64,000 nucleotides of DNA from Candidatus Ancaeobacter aquaticus. GTDB taxonomy: Bacteria; Auribacterota; Ancaeobacteria; Ancaeobacterales; Ancaeobacteraceae. A program made the position numbers and the translations under genes. Numbering within the stretch: the first letter of the stretch is position 1; the number at the start of each line of letters is the position of its first letter. Below the pieces are notes generated by a model. It had not been told where the DNA came from and made no database searches. It worked only from the letters and a program-made list of their open reading frames with translations. Location: assembly GCA_030765405.1 (NCBI GenBank), contig JAVCCP010000056.1, positions 1 to 64,000 on the forward strand. Reading direction: 5' to 3'. This document shows, one piece after another, positions 16,291 through 24,033 of this stretch.

Positions 16291-18744
16291 ATGAAAATCC
16301 TGCATAATAGAAAAGGCAGTTTAAAACTCAAAAGCGACTTATTGTTTAATAATCTTGGATCCACCGCGTGTAGAGAATTTATAAATAGGGTTTTCAGTGT
16401 TAATGAAGTTAATAGAATAAGATTAGATCCGATAAACAGGATAGCCGCTATAGGATATGAAAATCCAAATGGAAAACAGGTGCAGGTACTAAGAAAAATC
16501 AGCCTGGCGTTAGGGAACGGCAAGAAAAATAAAAAAGTAAATACTTATAACTCTGGTGAATTGGCGGGGCTGGACGGAAATGTTATAAACGTTTCTCGTT
16601 TTGGTAATAGGCTTACTACATGGGAAATAAAGCATGAGATTTTTGGAAGAATCAGGCTGAAGAATCCTTTCCTTTATAGGAAAAAGAGTGTTTGCCAGGA
16701 GATAGAGAAAGAACTTTTAGGAACTATAGGTGTTCAGAGGTATTCAACCAATCCGTTTACGTGTTCTGTTCTTATAATCTATGATGATGAAAAGATAGAT
16801 AAAAGCCATTTGATTAGAGTTCTGGACGGTGTCCTTGATAAGTCAAAGAAGAAGAAGAAAAAAGACAAACTGGATCTTGATTTCACTCTAAATACCGCGT
16901 CAATGGGACTTGCCGCTGTTGGACAATGGTTATTTCCGTGGACGATACCGTTTAACGCCGGGTTAGTCATTTATAACGCGTATCCAACTTACAAAGGAGC
17001 GGTACAGGCAATAAGAAAGAAAAAGATAGGCGTTGATATTCTAGACAGTATAATAGTAACGATGTGTTTGGTCGGCGGAAGCGTTTTTGCGGGGGCACTG
17101 ATGAATTGGTGCCTGAGTTTGGGAAGAAATATTTTAAGCAAGACTGAAGATGATTCAAAAAAACTACTTGTCGAGATATTTGGTAAACAGCCGAGGTTTG
17201 TATGGCTCTATAAAAATGGACAGGAAATTGAGGTATCGTTAACAGAATTAAAAGAGGGGGATATTATAGTTGTGAATACAGGGGAAACCGTTCCTGTTGA
17301 CGGAGAAGTGGCAAACGGTACTGCCATGATTGACCAGCATACCTTAACAGGTGAGTCCGCCCCTGTGGAGAAGATCAAGGGAGATAAAGTCTTTGCATCT
17401 ACCGTGCTTTTGGCCGGTAAGGTTTATATAAGAGTTATGCAAACAGGTGACCAGACAACCTCCGCGAAAATAAGAAGTGTGTTGGTGAAAACGGCAGGCT
17501 ACAAGGTAAAAGCTCAGTCCAGAGGGGAAAAACTGGCTGATAAAGCTGTTATTCCGACGCTTGCGATGTCTTTTTTAGGGTATGCAATCAGCGGTTATGA
17601 TGCGTCACTGGCGATTGTAAACTGTGATTACGGGACGGGGATAAGGATGGCCGCGCCATTGGGGCTTCTTTCAACATTAGCGCTTTGCGCGCGGGAGGGT
17701 ATATTGGTAAAAGATGGCAGGGCACTTGAAAACCTTCCCCGTATAGATACATTTTTGTTTGACAAGACAGGGACTTTGACCAATGAGATACCTGAGGTTT
17801 CCGATGTAATCGTAGCAGATGGTATTAGTAAAGAAAAGGTACTTATGTTCGCGGCGGCCGCTGAGGAAAAGTTTACACATCCTATAGCAAAGGCGATAAT
17901 CGAAAAGGCTAAAGAGCTTAATTTGAAACTGCCCAGCCGTGATGAATCAAGATACCATGTTGGTTATGGAATAACGGTAGGGATCAAAGGCGATACGGTT
18001 AAAGTGGGAAGCGCTAGATTTATGGGGATGGAATCGATCAAAATTCCGCGTGAAATCGAAGAAAAGGTAGAAGTTGTGAGAAAAGACGGCGGGTCCGCGG
18101 TTATGGTCGCGATAAATGATAAACTAAAAGGCGTGATACTGCTAAACACTATGCACAGGTCGGAGGCACACGATATAATTCAGGGATTAAGGAAAAGAGG
18201 GGTAAAAGAGATAGTGTTGATATCAGGAGATCATGAAGGCCCTACTAAGAAGCTTGCGGAGCAATTGGGCATGGACAGGTATTTTGCTGAGGTGCTTCCA
18301 CGGGAAAAAGGGGATTACGTGAAACTTTTACAGAAAGGAAAGAAAAAGGTAGCCTTTGTAGGTGATGGTATAAATGATTCAATCGCGCTCAAGAGGGCTG
18401 ATGTTTCAATATCTTTGAAGGGTGCTTCAAGCATAGCGACAGATACCGCGCAGATAGTTTTTATGGACGCAAATATTGCTAAATTGACCAGATTGCTGGA
18501 TATAGCGAAAGAGCTTGAAAGGAATATTTCCCTTAGCTGGAATATGGTCGCTATTCCTAATACTATCTGCATTATAGGGGCATTGACCGGCGCATTTGGT
18601 CTTACTTCATCGCTTATTTTAAACAATGGCGCGAATTTTCTTGCTACACTGAACGGGACAAGACCGCTTTACAAGGTTTATGGGGAAGAAATGGAAAGAA
18701 TGGAAAGAATGGAACATGAGAAAGAAAAGGTTGAGATAGCATAA
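16291..18744 (+). CDS. Heavy-metal P1B-type ATPase, non-CPC type (P1B-6/FezB-like) with tandem N-terminal HMA_2/CoBaHMA-like domains
   Basis: LTGES, FDKTGT, HP, GDGINDS. TM4 has CDYGTG in place of CPC and the last TM has LNNGAN. N-terminal H..GRIRL and NPFTCSVLIIYD. Confidence 0.9.
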   Translation: MKILHNRKGSLKLKSDLLFNNLGSTACREFINRVFSVNEVNRIRLDPINRIAAIGYENPNGKQVQVLRKISLALGNGKKNKKVNTYNSGELAGLDGNVINVSRFGNRLTTWEIKHEIFGRIRLKNPFLYRKKSVCQEIEKELLGTIGVQRYSTNPFTCSVLIIYDDEKIDKSHLIRVLDGVLDKSKKKKKKDKLDLDFTLNTASMGLAAVGQWLFPWTIPFNAGLVIYNAYPTYKGAVQAIRKKKIGVDILDSIIVTMCLVGGSVFAGALMNWCLSLGRNILSKTEDDSKKLLVEIFGKQPRFVWLYKNGQEIEVSLTELKEGDIIVVNTGETVPVDGEVANGTAMIDQHTLTGESAPVEKIKGDKVFASTVLLAGKVYIRVMQTGDQTTSAKIRSVLVKTAGYKVKAQSRGEKLADKAVIPTLAMSFLGYAISGYDASLAIVNCDYGTGIRMAAPLGLLSTLALCAREGILVKDGRALENLPRIDTFLFDKTGTLTNEIPEVSDVIVADGISKEKVLMFAAAAEEKFTHPIAKAIIEKAKELNLKLPSRDESRYHVGYGITVGIKGDTVKVGSARFMGMESIKIPREIEEKVEVVRKDGGSAVMVAINDKLKGVILLNTMHRSEAHDIIQGLRKRGVKEIVLISGDHEGPTKKLAEQLGMDRYFAEVLPREKGDYVKLLQKGKKKVAFVGDGINDSIALKRADVSISLKGASSIATDTAQIVFMDANIAKLTRLLDIAKELERNISLSWNMVAIPNTICIIGALTGAFGLTSSLILNNGANFLATLNGTRPLYKVYGEEMERMERMEHEKEKVEIA

Positions 18745-18745
18745 T

Positions 18746-19054
18746 ATGATAACACGGGGGAAGGTTTTAGAAGAGAAGCTTGAAAAGAAATTAGATGGTT
18801 CAGGAGTTACCAAAATAAATAAGAGGCTTAACCGTTTAAAAAAGGAATCAACCTGGACAATTAAATATAAGTGGGATAAGAAGATTAAAAGACTTTATAT
18901 ACAGACAGCCAAATTATATTGGGAGGTAATTTTTAAAGAACAAAAATGTGAGGTTTATGCTGAATGGCCGACACTGATGATGCCTTTTCTGTTGCCGGCA
19001 AAGAAGAAGGTAATAAGCATATTAAAAGAGGAGATAGGTTTGCTAAATCTATAA
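18746..19054 (+). CDS. Hypothetical protein, weakly resembling the PHA_gran_rgn (polyhydroxyalkanoate system) family
   Basis: Starts 1 bp after the ATPase stop. W..beta-strands..V.AEWP.LMMPF...KVI..LKEEI pattern recognised by eye only. Confidence 0.5.
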   Translation: MITRGKVLEEKLEKKLDGSGVTKINKRLNRLKKESTWTIKYKWDKKIKRLYIQTAKLYWEVIFKEQKCEVYAEWPTLMMPFLLPAKKKVISILKEEIGLLNL

Positions 19055-19086
19055 GACCAATCGGGTTAACAGAGGAGGAGGTATTT

Positions 19087-19203
19087 ATGAATTCGTTGGG
19101 GATAGTAATATTATTTGCGGTAGGTTTTTCTGTTGGAAAAAATTGGTCGCAGATAAGGGGATTTGTCCAATCTGCTGCAAAATCGGTTAAAAAGAAAAAA
19201 TAA
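19087..19203 (+). CDS. 38-aa single-TM microprotein (GxxxG-xW family)
   Basis: RBS GAGGAGGAGG; MNSLGIVILFAVGFSVGKNWSQIRG...KKKK. The ORF track starts it at 18964, but the RBS supports 19087. Confidence 0.7.
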   Translation: MNSLGIVILFAVGFSVGKNWSQIRGFVQSAAKSVKKKK

Positions 19204-19230
19204 TAAAATAAGAAAACAAAGGAGTAACCT

Positions 19231-19434
19231 ATGGAAAACGGGAAAATGGCAGCGCTACTTGCTATAGTTTGCGGGTTTATAATCGGGTATAAATGGCCCA
19301 GGATAAAAAAAGAGATCAATCCGTATTTGAAGAAGGGCGTAAAACAGGCAAAAAAATACACGGAAAAGGGAATTAAAAGCACAGTAAAAATGTTTACAGG
19401 AAGAAATTCTGTAAAAAAGCCAGCTCGTGCCTGA
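19231..19434 (+). CDS. Single-TM basic microprotein (GxxxG-xW family)
   Basis: RBS AAGGAG; MENGKMAALLAIVCGFIIGYKWPRIKK; paralogous to 14052, 15313 and 19087. Confidence 0.75.
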   Translation: MENGKMAALLAIVCGFIIGYKWPRIKKEINPYLKKGVKQAKKYTEKGIKSTVKMFTGRNSVKKPARA

Positions 19435-19473
19435 TTAGCAGTAAGTGTAAGATAAACCTTGTGACTTGGAAGC

Positions 19474-19582
19474 TGTCTGAAAACTGACTATGTTACTCCT
19501 GTGGGCGGCATGGATCGAAAGCGAAGGTCCTCATACGAGGGGGAACATGATCATTTCAATAACGAATGTTGGTTTTGAGACA
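19474..19582. mobile_element. Possible degenerate MITE
   Basis: Imperfect 15-bp terminal inverted repeat TGTCTGAAAACTGAC vs TGTCTCAAAACCAAC (12/15); no clear TSD. Confidence 0.3.
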
Positions 19583-19629
19583 TCATCTTAGGAAAAAGGA
19601 AATTTAAGTGAAAGAAGGAGTGATTTTAA

Positions 19630-19836
19630 ATGCGTTATCTGTTTGGAAGTGTAGTAACGGTTATTGAGGTAATTGCTATAGGTGCCCTTTTAAAGATTGG
19701 CTATCATACAGGAAAAAATATTTTAGAGAATTGCGGTGAAAAAGAGAGTAAATATTCAAAGACTAAAGTTAAGGGTGGTAAAAAACGGGTTTTTGAGAAA
19801 GCTACGGGAAATGAACTATCCATTTTTCCTGGTTAG
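19630..19836 (+). CDS. Single-TM microprotein, E..G.LL.IG[FY]H.G family copy 1
   Basis: RBS AAGGAG; IEVIAIGALLKIGYHTGKNI followed by a basic tail. Confidence 0.75.
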   Translation: MRYLFGSVVTVIEVIAIGALLKIGYHTGKNILENCGEKESKYSKTKVKGGKKRVFEKATGNELSIFPG

Positions 19837-19845
19837 GAGGATTAG

Positions 19846-20022
19846 ATGATTGAATATTTGGCTTATGGCGTATTGTTAACGATAGGTTTTCATATTGGCG
19901 GTAAAATTTCCAAAAAATGCGGTTTAGGTCCTAATGATGATAAACGGGTTAAGTTACATAAATATAAAGGACAGGGCATTAATACTAAAACTTATGTATC
20001 GAAACTATATGGCGGATTTTAG
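19846..20022 (+). CDS. 58-aa single-TM microprotein, family copy 2 (absent from the ORF track)
   Basis: RBS AGGAGG; translates to MIEYLAYGVLLTIGFHIGGKISKKCG...YGGF*. Confidence 0.75.
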   Translation: MIEYLAYGVLLTIGFHIGGKISKKCGLGPNDDKRVKLHKYKGQGINTKTYVSKLYGGF

Positions 20023-20035
20023 AAAGGGGTAGTAT

Positions 20036-20206
20036 ATGAAAGGTATCGGAGGTTTTGCAATTGGCATGGTAACAGGCGGGCTTGAGGTTGTCGCTGTTGG
20101 TGTGCTTCTTGCCATAGGTTTTCATATTGGCGCGAAGATTATTGAAAAGATAGAAAAAAAAGAAGTAGCACCAAAACGTACCAGGGTCGTAAAAGCAAGG
20201 GCATAA
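20036..20206 (+). CDS. 56-aa single-TM microprotein, family copy 3 (absent from the ORF track)
   Basis: RBS AAGGGG; translates to MKGIGGFAIGMVTGGLEVVAVGVLLAIGFHIGAKIIEKIEKK...KARA*. Confidence 0.75.
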   Translation: MKGIGGFAIGMVTGGLEVVAVGVLLAIGFHIGAKIIEKIEKKEVAPKRTRVVKARA

Positions 20207-20321
20207 AAGATAAACATCATTGCAAGGTCCTGTGCCGAAGGGTACAGGGAGAGGAACCACGAACCAAATTTCGTTTAGTTTGGATCTCGTATCAATAGCT
20301 AATTTGGACAGTTATATTAAT

Positions 20322-20768
20322 ATGAAGAAGTTTTACATAACAATAATAGATTCCGGCTGGCCTACAGATGCTCACGACGTTTGTAAAAATTCATTAAAAT
20401 TACTAAAGGAATATCTTGCAGGACATAATTTAGTTATATTTTCTGAGGAAGAATCTCAGGAATTTTTAAGAGAGCACCCCGAGGAGATTGGGAAAGACCC
20501 GATAATAATTATAACGGACGTTAATCCAAAGAAAATTTATCGCAAGAAACAGCAGGAGGTAAAGGATCTTACCGGGATTAGAATAGACTTGGGGAAGAGC
20601 AATAATAAAGATGAGGCGATAAGATATTTACAGCAGGTATGCAGGATGATAGAGGATGAAAAATTTGTTTCTGATATATCATGGGATGAGAGAAGAAAAA
20701 TTGCCAGGAGTTTTTTAAAGGATATTGTAGAAGACCTGTTCACAAAATGGCTGGAGTTTATTATTTAG
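20322..20768 (+). CDS. Conserved-looking soluble hypothetical protein (alpha/beta)
   Basis: Likely ATG 20322 (MKKFYITIIDSGW...HPEEIGKDPIII...GIRIDLG); co-oriented within the cluster. Confidence 0.65.
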   Translation: MKKFYITIIDSGWPTDAHDVCKNSLKLLKEYLAGHNLVIFSEEESQEFLREHPEEIGKDPIIIITDVNPKKIYRKKQQEVKDLTGIRIDLGKSNNKDEAIRYLQQVCRMIEDEKFVSDISWDERRKIARSFLKDIVEDLFTKWLEFII

Positions 20769-20769
20769 T

Positions 20770-20964
20770 ATGGATAAAAAATATATCGGAATACTTATAA
20801 GTATTGGAATAACAGCTATAATCGCTGTAAGTTTATATGTTAGAAGAAAGCGGATAAAGATGTTTTATGATGACTGCTTATCTAAAACAAGCGAAAAGGA
20901 CAGAAGTTTTATAAAATCACTGGGAAAAGAAGAGATAAAAGATAAGCTGCGTTACGCTAAATGA
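20770..20964 (+). CDS. Single-TM basic microprotein, third family copy 1
   Basis: TM then RRKRIK.FYD..LSK..EKDRSF..SLG; similar to the next ORF. Confidence 0.65.
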   Translation: MDKKYIGILISIGITAIIAVSLYVRRKRIKMFYDDCLSKTSEKDRSFIKSLGKEEIKDKLRYAK

Positions 20965-21176
20965 CGTTTTCGGAGAAAAGGTTTATGGATGCTAGTATTA
21001 GAAAAATATTGACTATTATTGGAGTAGCATTGGTTTTTGGCACAATTGTATATAAACAAAGAAAACATATAAGAAAACTCTTTGATAGGAATTTGACTAA
21101 AGTCGGTAAAGATGATGTGGGTTTTATGAGGGAAGTTGGCAGGCATGTTTCCCGGAAGAGGAAACGTTCCGTCTGA
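20961..21176 (+). CDS. Single-TM basic microprotein, third family copy 2
   Basis: TM then QRKHIR.LFD..LTK..KDDVGF..EVG; ATGA overlap with the previous ORF (alternative ATG at 20985). Confidence 0.65.
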   Translation: MTFSEKRFMDASIRKILTIIGVALVFGTIVYKQRKHIRKLFDRNLTKVGKDDVGFMREVGRHVSRKRKRSV

Positions 21177-21202
21177 TAATATTTTAAGAGAAAGAATTTA
21201 AT

Positions 21203-21658
21203 ATGAATATTACTGCAAGTATGCGTTATAAAAGGCTAAGAAGGATTATAAGAGATATATTTTTTATGCATGTATTTAATCAGGATCAGGAAGAGATAAA
21301 GAATACCGTAGATACATTGTTTATCCTTTCCGCGGTTATCCTGTGTATCTCTTTTGTTACGACAGTCGGGTTGGTGTTTTTTTGTGATTTACCCGATTTA
21401 AGCATGGAAGTCAAAAAAACGTATAGTATTTTAGACGATATAAGCTGCATATCATCTTTTTTCCTGATGTTATCCGTATTTATAACGGCGAGTGTTAAGA
21501 CAGGTGCTTTTGAAAATTATAGAGCCTTTTTGATGTGGGTTTCATATATGTTTATTCTTATAGGTTTGCTCATAATAACGGCTGTTTTTGGTTATCTAGT
21601 TTTTGATGATTTTAAAGACATTTATATAAAGACGAGTGTAACGATTAATTTACCATAA
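21203..21658 (+). CDS. Hypothetical membrane protein (about 3 TM)
   Basis: Three long hydrophobic segments; co-oriented with the cluster. Confidence 0.6.
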   Translation: MNITASMRYKRLRRIIRDIFFMHVFNQDQEEIKNTVDTLFILSAVILCISFVTTVGLVFFCDLPDLSMEVKKTYSILDDISCISSFFLMLSVFITASVKTGAFENYRAFLMWVSYMFILIGLLIITAVFGYLVFDDFKDIYIKTSVTINLP

Positions 21659-21696
21659 ATAGGATGGTAGTCCATATATGGCGGATATAGGGAAAT

Positions 21697-21771
21697 TTCT
21701 AACCCAAATCTCATTCCGTAGGAGTCTTCACCTTCGGCTACGACACCTACGGTGAGCGATTTGGGTTAGAA
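21697..21771. repeat. Long imperfect inverted repeat upstream of cax
   Basis: TTCTAACCCAAATC / GATTTGGGTTAGAA 14-bp perfect outer stem enclosing a CCGTAGG/CCTACGG inner stem. Confidence 0.7.
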
Positions 21772-21807
21772 GTCCTTGGCCTCATCACCTTAAGATATAG
21801 GATTTAT

Positions 21808-22899
21808 ATGTCTTTTATACGCACAATTCCTAAACCTGCTGTTTTAGCCTTATTAGTGCCTGTAAGTTTTTATCTTGCCCATATAGAAGCGAACTCGATT
21901 CTGATTTTCATAATCACTTCTTTGGCAATTCTGGGTTTAATAGGTTTTATTGCCAAGGCTACAGACCAGATGTGTATTTATTCAGGACCTGTTGTCGGGG
22001 GATTGCTTCAGGCAACATTCGGGAATTTTACCGAGTTTATTGTGTGTATTTTTGCTGTTTGGGAGGGAATGCATGTTTTAGTACTGGCATCGTTTACCGG
22101 CTCGATAATAGGCAATCTTCTCCTGGTTTTGGGCCTGTCCATGTTTTTTGGCGGGTTAAAACATAAAACGCAAAAATTCTCAAGGACGGGGGCGAATGCC
22201 GCGATCTTGATGCTTGCCGTAGCGCTTGTTGCCTTGATAATCCCGACGTTTGTACATTACGGGTATAATTTAGATCCTGATATGAGTGAAGCAATTGCTG
22301 ACGTTATGGTAAATAAGATATCAATCTGCACGGCAGTTGTGATGTTGATTGTCTATTTATTAAGCCTGGTATTTTCTTTAAAAACACATAAATTCGCGAT
22401 GATGCCCAAATCCGAGACGTCCGAAAAACCTGTATGGAAGAAGCCGGTAGCGTTAGTAGTGCTTTTTGCGACAGCGATTATAATTGGTTTTGAAAGTGAT
22501 ATCTTTGTCGATGCGATTAAAAATATGATACAGGTACAGAAGATAATGTTTTCGGAATTGTTTATGGGTATAATCTTTGTTGCGGCGATTGGAAACGCGT
22601 GTGACGGCGCCGTAGCGATTATTATGGCGAGAAAAAACAGGATGGATATATCATTTCAGGTGGCAACAGGAGCAAGTATTCAGGTTGCCCTTTTTATTGT
22701 CCCTGTAATAGTGCTTTTTAGTTTTATAATCGGGAAGCCGCTTACACTTGTTTTTAACATGTTTGAAATAATCGCGATATGGAGCGGCCTGCTTATCGCC
22801 GGCTATTCTTTATTAGATGGGGAATCCAACTGGTTTGAAGGAGTGATGTTTATCGCAGTTTATCTGCTGGTTGGTATCGTTTTTTTCTTTCATCCGTAA
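21808..22899 (+). CDS. cax: Ca2+/H+ antiporter (CaCA/CAX family), copy 1
   Basis: GGLLQATFGNFTE, GSIIGNLLLVLG, GGLKHKTQKF, AIGNACD, GASIQVALF, DGESNWFEG. Confidence 0.9.
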   Translation: MSFIRTIPKPAVLALLVPVSFYLAHIEANSILIFIITSLAILGLIGFIAKATDQMCIYSGPVVGGLLQATFGNFTEFIVCIFAVWEGMHVLVLASFTGSIIGNLLLVLGLSMFFGGLKHKTQKFSRTGANAAILMLAVALVALIIPTFVHYGYNLDPDMSEAIADVMVNKISICTAVVMLIVYLLSLVFSLKTHKFAMMPKSETSEKPVWKKPVALVVLFATAIIIGFESDIFVDAIKNMIQVQKIMFSELFMGIIFVAAIGNACDGAVAIIMARKNRMDISFQVATGASIQVALFIVPVIVLFSFIIGKPLTLVFNMFEIIAIWSGLLIAGYSLLDGESNWFEGVMFIAVYLLVGIVFFFHP

Positions 22900-22926
22900 T
22901 TTCGGTAACGGGCTAAAGGAGTCTAT

Positions 22927-24033
22927 ATGGCAATGATTACCTCACATACCATGAAAACCTTCCCAAAGATGGCAATTTTAAGCTTTTTAATGCCGGTAAG
23001 TGTTTATCTCTCACATATTGGCGCCAATTCAATACTGGTATTTATAATTACCGGTATTGCTATGATAGGGCTGATAGATTTACTGCAAAAGTCTGTAGGT
23101 GAAATATCTATATATTCCGGACCGGTAGTTGGGGGATTACTTCAAGCGACCCTGGGCAATTTTCCGGAATTAATCATTTCTCTGACAGCTTTACATCATG
23201 GAATGCATGTCCTAATGAAAGGGGCACTGATAGGTTCTATAATCGGCAATATTCTTCTGATCGTGGGGTTGGCTATGTTTATTGGCGGGTTAAAACATAA
23301 AACGCAGAGATTTTCAAGAGTAGGAACTAATGCCTCGATATTGGTGCTTGTATTTGTTCTTGTTGCCCTCTTTGTTCCTTCTTATGTTGTTACAGCCGGT
23401 AAAATGGATCCTATGATTAAGGAAACAGCCGCAAGTGCTGCAATAGATATAACCTCATTATGTATATCTATCTTGTTATTGATTGGCTATATCCTTTACC
23501 TGATTTTTTCATTGAAGACCCACAGATCAGCATATACTTCTGAAGTTGATCCAAAGGTAAAGCCTGAATGGAAAAAAGGGCTTGCAATAGTTGTCTTATT
23601 TGTTGGCGCGTCGTTAATAGGTTTTGAAAGTGATATCCTGGTCACGTCTATTGAAGGCATGTTATCTTCGACTAAGTCAGTTTTTTCACAGCTCTTTATG
23701 GGTGTTATATTTGTTGCCGCTATAGGTAATGCGTCGGCAACTACAGTATCAATAAACATGGCAAGAAAAAACAATATGGATTTATCATTTCAGGTTGCGG
23801 TTGGCGCCAGTATACAAATTGCGCTTTTAGTTATACCGCTATTGGTAATTTATAGTTATATAATTGGTAAGCCCTTTACACTAGTTTTTGGCGGCCTGGA
23901 GTTGATATCAGTTGGTGCATGTGTACTTGTTTGCGGGTATTCATTGCTGGATGGAGACTCTAACTGGTTTGAGGGAGCGCTTTTTGTGATAGTTTATTTA
24001 ATTCTTGCGGTTGCCTTCTTTTTCTGTACATAG
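22927..24033 (+). CDS. cax: Ca2+/H+ antiporter (CaCA/CAX family), copy 2 with degenerate alpha-2 motif
   Basis: GNFPE, GSIIGNILL, AIGNASA, DGDSNWFEG; tandem paralogue of the previous gene. Confidence 0.85.
   Translation: MAMITSHTMKTFPKMAILSFLMPVSVYLSHIGANSILVFIITGIAMIGLIDLLQKSVGEISIYSGPVVGGLLQATLGNFPELIISLTALHHGMHVLMKGALIGSIIGNILLIVGLAMFIGGLKHKTQRFSRVGTNASILVLVFVLVALFVPSYVVTAGKMDPMIKETAASAAIDITSLCISILLLIGYILYLIFSLKTHRSAYTSEVDPKVKPEWKKGLAIVVLFVGASLIGFESDILVTSIEGMLSSTKSVFSQLFMGVIFVAAIGNASATTVSINMARKNNMDLSFQVAVGASIQIALLVIPLLVIYSYIIGKPFTLVFGGLELISVGACVLVCGYSLLDGDSNWFEGALFVIVYLILAVAFFFCT

Noticed and set aside
18964..19086. N-terminal extension of the ORF-track call 18964..19203
   Set aside because: It overlaps the upstream gene by 91 bp, and a strong RBS supports ATG 19087.
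11640..21658. Magnetosome gene cluster
   Set aside because: No recognisable mamA/B/E/K/M/O/P/Q or feoB genes in the window; only the small-membrane-protein style is similar.
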